Below are positions 1 to 11,418 of a stretch of DNA of 64,000 nt, piece by piece. Positions within the stretch are counted from its first letter, which is position 1. Every line of letters starts with the position of its first letter. The position numbers and the translations under genes were made by a program. The stretch comes from Basidiobolus meristosporus CBS 931.73. Lineage: Eukaryota > Fungi > Basidiobolomycota. The DNA is taken from assembly GCA_002104905.1 (NCBI GenBank), contig MCFE01000047.1, forward strand, positions 133,528 through 197,527. Reading direction: 5' to 3'. The notes below the pieces were generated by a model. The model had not been told where the DNA came from and searched no databases. It saw only the letters and a program-made list of their open reading frames with translations.

Positions 1-1432
1 GGAAGACACGCCTAAACCTGTTGCTGCCGGTAACGCCAACAAAGGAACCTTAGGAAATCATTTCCCATTCATAGGGTTTACTTTTCACGAGGAGGTGATG
101 CAACGACTGGATACATCAGGCCCTCCTTCGCCTTCGTTAGGAAAGATCAACAACAGTGCTGTTGAAGGAGGCCCCCTCTATGAAGAAAACCTTGAGCTCA
201 AGCAAATAATTGAGAATGGTAAAGCTTCCTACAGTAAGCTCCAAGAAGAGAATGCCAAGCTTAAGTGCGAGCTGGAAAGCAAGAAACGTGAACTCGAAGA
301 TAGAGCCAAAAACAACCTGAATGTCTTGGAAATCAAGCCAGCCATTCCTACGTCCCCAATGTTTGAGCATGAACATTTGAAGAATGAGATAGTACTTTTA
401 AGGTCTTCTTTCGAACAAGCAAGTTGTCAGGTTGAAGAGTTGCAGCATGAGAAAGAACATTTTCTGTCGTTTAAGAAAAACTTGGAAACACAAGTAGCCA
501 AAATAACAGAAGAGAAAGCGATACTTCAAAAGGATTTGGACGGAATTCGTAAGACAATCTTGGAAGAAGAGGATCTGAAGCTAGTACTGGCAGCTGAGAA
601 ACACAAGGTATCGCAACTAGAACTAAAGAACCAGATGCTGGAGAACAACCTGCGAAAATATAAGGACCCTCGGTACAATTCGATCCAGTTTAAATCCGAT
701 CTCAACATCAAGTTCGAGCAGCTGATGTCTGAGAAGATTGAGATCCACAAACATCTGATCCAAGCAAACCATGCCCTAACTCAAGCCCAAGAGAGAAACA
801 GGAAATTGGAAGAGAAGATTGTGGCTGTACAGAAACGCAACAAAAGGGAGCGAGGAGTCAGCTTCACTGCAAAAGAAGATGCAGAAATCGAACAAAAATC
901 CCTTGAAGGCACCATCAAGGCTCTTATGAAGAACAACCAAGAGCTGAATAAGCAACTTGACCGCCACTCGGCAGAGAAGGAATCCTCCAGGCGAGAGTTA
1001 AACGAGCTCCGACAGCAACTTTTGAAGTTGAAAAAGGATAAGCTCTCCATTGAGCAAACGTTTGACCAGCATAAATTTGCAAAGGAGGAGGTTTTAAAGC
1101 TCAAAATTACGGAATCCGTATTAGAAGGCAGCAAAGTTGACTTGGAGCGAAAAATGAGTCAGTTGGTAGAGGAGAACGCGTATGTGCGTAGAAAACTTGT
1201 ACAAACGCAAAAAGAGTTGGAGCAGCGAACGTTCCGGGCGACTGACTTGGAAAGACGATTGCTCCATGCCCAGTTGGACAAGAGTCAGCCTGTAGAGAAA
1301 TGGACGGTCAGAGGCCCCAGACCACCGCCGGCCCCCGAAAAGGACTATCGCAGATACTCCAGCCCGGTCAATTCATTACAAGGCTCCAGGAAAAAGTACG
1401 ATAGAAAGGGAGAGAATTGTAAAGTTTCCTAA
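1..1432 (+). CDS. Partial gene (5' end outside window): C-terminal part of a probable DMPK/ROCK/MRCK-like AGC kinase with long coiled-coil tail
   Basis: The frame of ORF 95..1432 is open back to base 2. It reads EDTPKPVAAGNANKGTLGNHFPFIGFTF, matching the AGC-kinase C-terminal hydrophobic motif (ROCK GNQLPFVGFTY, MRCK GHHLPFVGFTY), followed by about 400 aa of E/K/L/Q-rich heptad sequence. The kinase domain itself is not in the window. Confidence 0.6.
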   Translation, partial: EDTPKPVAAGNANKGTLGNHFPFIGFTFHEEVMQRLDTSGPPSPSLGKINNSAVEGGPLYEENLELKQIIENGKASYSKLQEENAKLKCELESKKRELEDRAKNNLNVLEIKPAIPTSPMFEHEHLKNEIVLLRSSFEQASCQVEELQHEKEHFLSFKKNLETQVAKITEEKAILQKDLDGIRKTILEEEDLKLVLAAEKHKVSQLELKNQMLENNLRKYKDPRYNSIQFKSDLNIKFEQLMSEKIEIHKHLIQANHALTQAQERNRKLEEKIVAVQKRNKRERGVSFTAKEDAEIEQKSLEGTIKALMKNNQELNKQLDRHSAEKESSRRELNELRQQLLKLKKDKLSIEQTFDQHKFAKEEVLKLKITESVLEGSKVDLERKMSQLVEENAYVRRKLVQTQKELEQRTFRATDLERRLLHAQLDKSQPVEKWTVRGPRPPPAPEKDYRRYSSPVNSLQGSRKKYDRKGENCKVS

Positions 1433-1960
1433 ATGTAAACCTGATATTCCGAAATGACTTTAAACCTGCCCACTAACGAATTTTGCTATATCACATATTT
1501 TGTAAACTTCATGAAATCCCATCATCTTCCCAGTCATGATTCCCATCTCGACAAGGAACAAATCCACCGGCGCATCCTCTTTCCCTTCGTAATCCTCACT
1601 GGCCCTATGCTAATTTAAAACCATCACTAAACGCAATAAATATCTTATTTGTAGGGCTGAGAACCAGCAGTGGGATGAATTGATGTTGTCGAGATCACAA
1701 CCAATGAGATTGGTTACTGGTGATCAAAACATTGGATCGGCTGTGAGCAATGGACGGATCGGCGGAAATCACTAGCTGGCATTGGGTGGGCCATCGAGAG
1801 ACAACATTGTTGTTTGTTTATATTTTCCTCGACAAATCCGGGTCCGAAATATCCAAACAATGCATTGATATAACAGTATGTAGGGTGGATGACTGCTCAG
1901 GATTCCCCATTCCCTTTACTCTCTTTTCTTTAGACCACCCACCCGTTTTCTTCCCACAAC

Positions 1961-4310
1961 ATGGCTTCCCTCGGATGGGACAAAGGACAGATTTACTCCA
2001 CCTCGGTTTTGCCTGCAGAGCAACCTGACGAAACCCGCAGCATCCTTGAGGGACAATACAACGATTTCATTCAAAACTTTCGCCTAGACAATGAATACAT
2101 TTATAGGCAAGCGACGCTTCTTTCCATTACTGAGTGTACTCGCAAGCGACCTAACCAGTTGTGCTTTCCCTTACAGAGATCAGCTACGCCAAAACCTCAT
2201 GGTCAAGGAGTACTTCCTTGAAATCGACCTAGGCCACCTGATAAGCTTCAACGAGACCCTGGCCCAGAGCCTTCAGGACGCCCCCACCGAGCATTTGCCC
2301 ATGTTCGAGTCGGCCGTCCGCACTGCCGCCACCAAAATCCTCTATCCCGGAAACGACACCGAGCAACAAGCACCCGAGTGCCAAGTGACCCTGACCTCGA
2401 ACGCAAACATCGTCCATCTTCGTGACCTGAACTCGACGACCATCTCCAAGTTGGTGAGAGTGGCGGGGATCGTCATTGGCGCCTCGACACTGACATCCAA
2501 GGCCACCCACATCCAGATCATGTGTAAAGGGTGTCGCCAGGTCAAGATGCTCCCGGTCAGCGGTGGCTTCTCTGGCGTGACCTTGCCCCGTACATGCGAC
2601 AACCAACCGCCCGAGAACGAGAAAAAGGAATGCCCACTTGACCCCTACGTCATCATCCACGACAAGTCCAAATTCGTGGACCAACAGACACTGAAGCTCC
2701 AGGAGCTTCCCGATCTCGTTCGCGTGGGTGAGCTACCCAGACATACCCTCTTGAGCGCGGACAGGTACCTGACCAACAAGGTCGTCCCTGGTACCCGAGT
2801 GAACATCATTGGCATCTTCTCCATCTTCCAGAGCAAGAATGCCAAGAACGCCGGCGCCGTGGCCATCCGCACACCGTACATCCGTGTGGTTGGCATCCAG
2901 CCCGAGGTGGATGGCCAGCACCGCGGCAACGTCAGCTTCACCGAGAGAGAAGAGGAGGAGTTCATCAAGATGTCCCGCAACCCGAACCTGTACGAGATGT
3001 TTTCAACAAGCATTGCCCCGGCCATTTATGGCAACCAAGGTAACCGGGTCTACGGAAAGAGAATAGCAACCTCATCCACGGCTAACGCATTTGTGTAGAT
3101 ATCAAGAAGGCTATTGCTTGCCTGTTGTTCAGCGGCTCGAAGAAGATCTTGCCAGACGGCATGAAACTCAGAGGAGATATCAACGTCCTGTTGCTGGGTG
3201 ACCCCTCCACCGCCAAGTCCCAGCTGCTCAAGTTTACCGAGAAGGTCGCCCCCATCTCAGTGTACACCTCAGGCAAGGGAAGTAGTGCAGCTGGTTTGAC
3301 CGCGTCCGTCATTCGTGACTCGGGATCCAGCGAGTTCTACCTCGAAGGAGGAGCCATGGTGTTGGCCGACGGTGGAGTTGTGTGTATCGATGAATTCGAT
3401 AAAATGAGAGAGGAAGACAGGGTGGCGATCCACGAAGCCATGGAACAGCAAACCATCTCCATTGCCAAAGCCGGAATCACCACCATCCTCAACTCCCGAA
3501 CCTCCGTCTTGGCAGCCGCCAACCCCATCTTCGGACGGTACAACGACCTCAAGACCCCCAAGGAGAACATCGACTTCCAAACCACCATCCTCTCCAGATT
3601 CGACATGATCTTCATCGTTCGCGACGAGCACAACGAGCAGCGAGACAAAACCATCGCCAGACATGTCATGCACATCCACATGAACAAGGCCGACGAGGAG
3701 ACCGCCGTGGGTGAGATCACCATCGACAAGATGCGAGGCTACATCAGCTACTGCAAAACGTAAGTACACCAACGATTGCCAGTCGCCAAGCCGGCGCTAA
3801 CCAAGCATTCACAGGAAATGTGCCCCCCGCCTGTCGCCGGAGGCCGCGGAACGCTTGAGCAGCTACTTCGTGACCCTACGCAAGGACGTGCATGAGATGG
3901 AGCGTCAAAACAACAGCCGCTCATCCATCCCAATCACGGTGAGACAGCTGGAAGCCATTGTGCGTATTTCCGAATCCCTGGCCAAGATGACCCTCTCCCC
4001 GGTGGCCACCGAGCAACATGTAGAGGAGGCGATTCGTCTGTTCAAATTCTCCACGATGAACGCGGTTCAAGCTGGCAATCTTGAAGGGTTCACCCGAGTA
4101 GAATTGATGAACGAAGTGAAGGCGGTCGAGAAGGACATCCGCCGCCGCATACCCATCGGTAACCAAACCCGATTCCAAACCCTGCGCGACGACTTCTTGA
4201 AGCAGGGCATATCGTACATCGCGTTCATGAAAGCGCTGACCAACCTGACCTCCCGCGACGTATTGCAGTACCGTAACCAAAGAAGAGACATCGTTCGTAT
4301 TGGCATGTAA
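1961..4310 (+). CDS. MCM5: DNA replication licensing factor MCM5 (4 exons)
   Basis: N-terminal [14 protein letters not shown], zinc finger CKGC..C..CPLDPY, Walker [10 protein letters not shown], Walker [11 protein letters not shown], Arg finger SRFD. Introns 2107-2176 (GC-AG), 3040-3098 and 3760-3814 restore one frame. Confidence 0.97.
2107..2176 (+). other. GC-AG intron 1 of MCM5
   Basis: Joining tat ag|a gat cag gives the conserved YRDQLR. The removed 70 nt run GCAAGC...CTAAC...TTACAG, and there is no usable GT donor. Confidence 0.85.
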
Positions 4311-4778
4311 ATAGATTTCTCGATGCTACCCTGCTCTTCCACCAATTACTTCTCTGTATATTGCATATTAATGAAACCGTGGTGAGCCGTGCGCCACAAC
4401 TAAATTAATGCTCGAATGAATGTTTTATGCACGTTGGTTAAGTTGGTTCTGCCACCAATAAACACCCAAGCGAAATGTATGTGTCGAGGAAAAGATCGGT
4501 CATGGCGACGAGGAGGGCGTTTTTTTTCAGCGGAGATTTTTTTTTCACCCAGCGAGATTTTGCGATGGTTGGGTGGATCGGACGCAGTGAATGGGTCGGG
4601 TGGCCAGAAATATATCTAGAATGTTCGCACCAAATTCGGATCTTGCTGATCTGCCCTAGCTAGCCCAGGTAAACTTTGGTAAACCAAAAAAGTTACCCTG
4701 CGAGTTGTCAAAACAGTGTGCTCCACAGGCTTCTCTCTTTTGTTGTCTAGCTTTGTAGTTTTTGTTTGGTAATACGTT

Positions 4779-6683
4779 ATGACCGAAGTTGCTAAAGCCC
4801 CCGCCCCCAACACCAGTTCTGGTTCCAACTCCTCTTTCAAAGATAAATCCAAGCCTATCGAGGTTAGACTCAGCAACATCACTGCTGCTAAAGGTACTTT
4901 TTCTTCCCTTGCGCAATCCAGTGCTCCCAGTGCGCCCGATTCTAATGTTACTATGCAGCTGTTGCTGATGCCGTCAGAACTTCCCTCGGTCCCAAGGGTA
5001 TGGACAAGATGGTAAGTTTGATCCGACCAGCTGCCTGTCATACGTGTGTACTGATCCACTCTTCTCAGATCCAAACCAGCTCCGGCGAGGTTGTTATCAC
5101 CAACGATGGTGCCACCATTCTTAAGCACATGGCTGTCTTGCATCCTGCCGCCAAGATGGTACGAGTCTTTAGTATATGCCACCAATCTTCCAAAACCGTG
5201 ATCTAACTTTAACAATAGTTGGTTGATCTGTCAGCTGCCCAAGACGTCGAAGCTGGTGACGGCACCACCTCTGTTGTGGTTCTTGCTGGTAGCCTGTTGA
5301 CTGCCGCTGAGAAGCTTCTCTCCAAAGGTAATCATCACTCTAACCCTTTTGCTGGAAGCTGAGCTAACCTGTAACGTTAGGCATCCACCCTACCACCATC
5401 GCCGAGTCCTTCCAACGTGCTGCCGCTAAGACCACCGAGATTTTGAGCGAAATGGCCACAAAGATTGATTTGTCTGATAGAGACTCTCTTCTCAAGAGTG
5501 CCAGCACCTCCTTGAACTCCAAGGTAAGCTCAGGTTTTGCGAAGCCATCCTGGCAACTCCCCCTGACCCGATCCTCCTCTAGATTGTCTCCCAATACTCC
5601 AACTTGTTGTCCCCTATTGCCGTCGACGCCGTTATGAAGGTCATCGAGCCATCCACCGCTACCAACGTTGATTTGAAGGACATCCGTATCGTCAAGAAGG
5701 TTGGCGGTACCATCGACGATACCGAGCTCATTGACGGCTTGGTGTTGACCCAGAACGTCATCAAATCCGCCGGTGGCCCTACCCGTGTTGAGAAGGCCAA
5801 GATCGGATTGATCCAATTCCAGCTCTCCCCTCCCAAGCCCGACATGGAGAACCAGATCATCGTTAACGACTACCGTCAAATGGACAAGATCTTGAAGGAA
5901 GAAAGACAATACCTTTTGAACATGTGCAAGAAGATCAAGAAGGCTGGATGTAACGTCGTTCTTATCCAAAAGTCCATCCTCAGAGATGCCGTGAACGATC
6001 TTTCTCTCCATTTCTTGGCCAAGCTCAAGATTTTGGTCATCAAGGATATCGAAAGAGATGAGGTCGAGTTCATCTGCAAGAGCACCGGATGCAAGCCTAT
6101 TGCCGATGTGGACTCCTTCACCGAAGACAAGTTGGGCTATGCCGACCTCTTGGAAGAGGTCAACAATGACGGCACCCGCGTTGTCAAGGTCACTGGTGTC
6201 AAGAACGCCGGCCGCACCGTTTCGGTTCTTTGCCGCGGCGCCAACGGCTTGGTTCTTGAGGAAGCCCACAGATCTTTGCACGATGCCCTCTGCGTCATCA
6301 GATGCTTGGTCAAGAAGAAGGCACTTGTTGCTGGTGGTGGTGCTCCCGAGATTGAAGTCTCCCAGAGCCTTATGGAGTATGCCAAGACCCTCAAGGGCAT
6401 GGAGGCTCACTGCTTCCAAGCATTCGCCGAAGCCTTGGAGGTCATCCCTACCACTTTGGCCGAGAACGCTGGATTGAACCCCATTGGCATCGTCACCGAG
6501 CTCCGCAACAAGCACGCTCAAGGCGAGAAGACTGCGGGGATCAACGTGCGCAAGGGAACCATTACAAACATCCTTGAGGAGAACGTTATCCAGCCCCTTC
6601 TCGTATCCACCAGTGCCATTGAGCTCGCTGCCGAAACCGTCAAGATGATCCTTAAGATTGATGATATTGTTCAAACTCGTTAA
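4779..6683 (+). CDS. CCT4: T-complex protein 1 subunit delta (CCT4), 6 exons
   Basis: [68 protein letters not shown]; canonical GT-AG introns. Confidence 0.96.
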
Positions 6684-6989
6684 AGTCATCAGGAACCCCG
6701 AGTCCCTTGTTCATTCTTGTATTACTAAATTCTGAGTCGAACACCTGCTTGTTAGAGCGAAAGACCCCTCACATTTTATTTCACTACTCTCCTCCTTTTG
6801 CTCTCCCCTTCTCTTTATCTTTCTCTCCCTCTCGTGGCTTCACCATTTCTTTTCATCCCTCAACACACGAAAGGTGGAAAATAAATCATAACTAGACCAA
6901 CAAACACCTCGCCATGGTCAAAGCCAAAGCATTCCATACTTTTTATAAGAAACCGATGAATTCAACCATGCCTGGTCTGGGTATGATGT

Positions 6990-7631
6990 TCATTGCTGTG
7001 AGGAGGTGGCTTCTGGTCTAGGTTTTTCCAACTCCAGCTTCTTGCGGATCTGATGCTCCTTGAGGGTATTTACAATCGTCTCGATCTGGTGGAGCTTCAC
7101 ACGTCGTTGGTATTGGCAGACCTCCCTTGGGAATGGTTTCGGTCAATAAATGCGTGGTGATGGATCGCTTCTTGAACGCTGAACGGTTTCTTACCAGGAT
7201 ATGATCGACACCAAGGCGAAGCCACCAACTGCCCAGTTACAGGCCGACTTGATATTCTCTGTCCAAAGCAAGTTCAGGGTAAATAAGCGCACTGTAGGGG
7301 CGAAGAGAAGGGGTGTACTCTACTTTTGAGGAGGAAATGGCCAACACCGATTCCGGTGCCGCTGCCTATTCCGTACAGCACGCTGTCCCGAAAACAAGGC
7401 ATCTTCGGAGCATGAGAGAAGTCCTTCATGGACAATGTCTAGCACACATACGAACACCAAGTCTTACGGTTAGAGAAACCAGTTGGCTCGCCCGTCACCC
7501 TACTCTGTTCCAAACTATACCTTCATGACGTCCGACACGCTGGCCACCGGTTGCTCAGCGACGTGCTCGGCATTCTGCTGGAAATCCACTATCTTCTCGG
7601 TGGTGGTTGGCTGTTCGCTCTTGTCGCTCAT
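6990..7631 (-). CDS. COX20: Cytochrome c oxidase assembly factor COX20 (4 exons)
   Basis: Manual splicing of three GT-AG introns gives ...MPCFRDSVLYGIGSGTGIGVGHFLLKKNIKSACNWAVGGFALVSIISWEVCQYQRR..., the COX20/FAM36A signature. Confidence 0.85.
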
Positions 7632-7866
7632 AATGTTCGGTTGACTTGACTTGGTTCTGTCTATGTTGTGTTGAAAGGAATCTCTATCCTTATGCTATCA
7701 ATGTTGAGTTGAAGGGAGTCTCTATCTTTATGACTACTAATAAAATTTTAGCCTGACTGCATCCCCCGAGATTCTCGAAAATAAAAATCCTTCAACACAT
7801 GCTGGATGGCTGTTTAGCTCAATGGATCTGGGCGAATTCGGTGATGACGATGAATTTGGATTGAGG

Positions 7867-7894
7867 CTAGGGCTAGGGTTAGGGTTGGGCAGGG
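7867..7894 (+). repeat. Interstitial telomere-like G-tract array
   Basis: CTAGGG CTAGGG TTAGGG TTGGG CAGGG: five GGG runs, same polarity as the terminal telomere, intergenic upstream of COX20. Confidence 0.7.
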
Positions 7895-7913
7895 TTTATT
7901 TGTATGCTATGTA

Positions 7914-10185
7914 TTACAAATTTTCTAGGCGTTTGTGGATCAACCATAGTAGATTCGGGTATAATTCTATTAGTCTAGAGATGGTGGCTTCTCTCTGGAG
8001 AACTGCCAGTGGGCATTCGACTGCCAATTTGTTGATTAGGGAGGCTAGAAGAGAGGAGTGAGATGACATCATATGCTTTTCATAATACTCGTACAGCTTG
8101 GATTAGGCGATTCAAAAGGAGTACAAAATGCTCATCAGTATTGATGCTCACTGAGAGGTTGAAATCCCAGGCCCATATAAATGTCCCGCATGCCATCTTG
8201 AAGTACCTCTCGAATTCAAAGTACTCGCCCAGCTTGTGGAATATGGAGTTCGAGTACTGGATGGAGTGGATCCAAACATCTAGTAGAAGCCTGGACAATT
8301 CTTGGGCCTGCAATGAAGCCTTAGTTTGGACAGAAGCATGGATGACTCGAAGTGACTGCAAGTTACCTTCGCCATGGTGTTGGTGTTGTGCGTCCATTTA
8401 AGCAGGTGGACACTGATCAATCCCAAAGCGCTTAGCAATCTCGTATACATCCTAGGTGAAGCGCATCGTGTTGTTAGTGGCATTTCAGATACATCAGATG
8501 GATAGCATGCACCAACCTAGGGCTTAAAGTGTTGCAGAGCATTTCCCCAATCTCCAACACGCCCAGTCGAAGGTTGGATTCGTCATTGTTCTTGAGAATG
8601 GCTGGATTGGAACCCTCCAACGACCAAATGTTCTGTAGATCCTTGAAGTCTATCCACTAGGAATGGGGTTACTATCTTTGACATACGGCGAACTTCAAGC
8701 AGATGTTCTTACGTTGTCGAAGCCCTCTTCTTCCATTGGTCGCATGCCTGTATCCAAATCGACTTCGAACTTGTTGAGATCGAACGAGCTTGCACAAAAC
8801 TCAGTCAGCCAGTGCGGTGGTTGTAACTGGTGGGAAAGCGCGTTAACAAAAGCCTTCGAAGGGGTTCTTTGAAAAAAGTACCTTCTGAACATCCCTGGTG
8901 CTAAATATTCCCAGGGCCTTCAGATAATTCAACGTGGGCTGTAATTGATCTGGAAACTCGCCAGCATAGTATCGGATCCTAATGAGCCGTTGTTATGGTT
9001 GGGCTCGCGAGTAGATATATGCAAAGATGCTTACAGGAACCTCAATGGAGCACAATCGTGGATATCTTTCGAGGTCAATATCTAGACAAAGAACATCAGC
9101 AGGGGTCACAGTGACGATTGTTTTTGGCTGAGCCAAACCCTTGATAGATGCCACGCGGTTTGCTGTACTCTGGTGGGAGCGTTCACCAACTGCTCGAGCT
9201 CGCTGATACAATCATGAAGTCTATGATGAAAAGTTGGTCAGTATTGAGTACCAATGGATTGCTCCCTTTCATGGTGATACCCACCTGATGCTTAGACTTT
9301 TTTGAATGGTTTTCTGCGCGCAATCTAAAGGTTTGCCTTCATCTACAAGAGCTATACATTGGTCTACCAGGCCCTTGAGCTCAATATTGTCGTATCCACT
9401 GATAAAGCTAATCTAGAAGGAATGTGAGCCTTGATGACTGAGCACAAACCACTTGGCGAACTCTACCCGTTTCAAGCTGATCAGGAATTCCTCACGATCC
9501 TCGTCCGTGCCAGGGAACTCAGCAAAGAATGATGCACAGTTGACTATAATGAAATTCATAATCCAGTTCAAGACCGGGCTCTGTATCCCGCCTGACTTAA
9601 GATGCCCCAAGAAAAAGTCGAAGAGAAGTGGTCGACACACAACTACCAGCAGCCAACGCGAGAATGTTAGTTCTCTGTTCGTGTCAATATAGTTTCTAAG
9701 CAAACCGGTAAGTACATTGCTCTTCCTCGGTTTCAATCTGGTTGATCATACGAAGCAGCGCGGTAAATAAATCGGGCTGTAAGCACTTTCCCAAATTTGA
9801 GCCCAGAGCCTCCAAAGTGAAGCGGCAGTTGAACTACAATATCAAAGAAGCAGTTCAGAAAAGGGCTGGCCAAGCGCGGTGGGTCCGAGTGGCTACCTGG
9901 ATGCTCTCCATTTCTGTGAGCCCATGTTGAGCGGTAGAGCATATAAGTCCAAATAGCACATCAGAATAGGTGGAGAAACTCGAGCTTGACATAACACGAG
10001 AATGTTAGCTTCGCGGAACAATTCGCTGCGCATAAATAAACCATTGTTCACCTGTCCCAGCTGGGCTTTAAAGATGGGATCAGCGGAGCCCAACCGCGTA
10101 GATGAAGATCGGCGAACTTTTTGGAGTATGGATGCAAGCATTCTATATGATTAACGAGCTCCTTGACTAAGCTGGCGAAATCCAT
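7914..10185 (-). CDS. Hypothetical multi-exon (about 12 exons) alpha-helical protein, roughly 550 aa, family not recognised
   Basis: Manual GT-AG splicing yields a continuous frame from MDFASLVKELVNHIECLHPY... to ...LYPNLLWLIHKRLENL*, with AATAAA just downstream. Introns are about 50-75 nt with CTAAC/CTGAC-like branch sites. Confidence 0.7.
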
Positions 10186-10506
10186 CTTCTGGAGCGTTAG
10201 TGGACAGTAGCAACTCTTTGAAAAACTTTGGTACTACCACTAGTCAACTTAAGTGACCAAAAGAAGTCACATCAACGATAAACAACCATGATCTTAACTC
10301 GAAAAGTTTTCGAGTTGATTTATCTGGGCTACTTGGATATGTCAATCGTGATTCCCGAGTAGCGAATGATCGTGCATGATTCTCACCCTCGCGGTTTTTA
10401 AGTTGCCATCGAATTCTTTTCGGAGTTCTTCCTTTTCAGCCATCCTTTGGTGTTGGATATCGTAACGTTTTTACTCGGTCATCCATCTAATTAAAGCTAT
10501 CTAAAC

Positions 10507-11122
10507 ATGCCCCCAAAGGCCGATCCCAACGAAGTCAAGATTAGTAAGTGAGCCTGTACTCCTGGTTATTCGGATGTTGTTGTTAACTGGCGTTTGTAGT
10601 CTACCTCAGAGCTACTGGTGGTGAGGTTGGTGCCTCTTCTGCTCTTGCTCCCAAGATTGGTCCTCTTGGTCTTTCCCCCAAGAAGGTTGGTGAAGATATT
10701 GCCAAGGCTACTCAAGAATGGAAGGGTCTTCGTATCACCGTTCAATTGACCATCCAAAACCGTCAAGCCGCTGTTTCTGTTGTTCCATCTGCCTCTTCCT
10801 TGGTCATCAGAGCTCTCAAGGAGCCTATCCGTGACCGCAAGAAGGAGAAGAACATCAAGCACTCCGGAAACATCACCTTGGACGATGTTATCGAGATCGC
10901 CAGAACCATGCGCTACAAGTCTTTGGCTCGTGAGTTGAGCGGTACCGTCAAGGAAATCCTTGGTACCTGCTTCTCCGTTGGCTGCACCGTCGACGGTCAA
11001 AACCCCAAGGATCTCACCGATGCCATCGATGCTGGTGAAGTCGAGATTCCCGTAAGTTGACCATGGCTGCTGAACTACCTCACCCTGCATCGCACTAACC
11101 TAACGTTCTATAGGAAAACTAA
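10507..11122 (+). CDS. RPL12: 60S ribosomal protein L12 (uL11), 3 exons
   Basis: [48 protein letters not shown]...[10 protein letters not shown]...GTVKEILGT. Confidence 0.97.
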
Positions 11123-11418
11123 ATAATCCTTGGTTTTTATGAGGGCACTCTTGACAATAAACTTTCCATTTTAATACATTTATGCGGTAGTCACCAATGT
11201 TTTGGAACGCGCGCGATATCCGGGTCCATGAGTTGATCGTTTCATGCTTGTCCGGGATATCCAGCACAAGCGCTAGAGGAAGGGTGTTTCGGTGTTTTAG
11301 CTGCCGTATGGTAGAGGTTTATGAGCGGTTTATTGCCAAACATACATGAATAAAATGGTTCTCAACAAGTTCACTTTGTAAGCTTTATTCAACTGTATAA
11401 TTCTAGTGAAGAGGGTGC

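Noticed and set aside
5364-6689. Long antisense ORFs (441 aa over CCT4; similar ones over MCM5, FAL1, RPL12, GLC3 and the aminopeptidase)
   Set aside because: These are shadow frames opposite codon-biased conserved genes, with no recognisable motifs.
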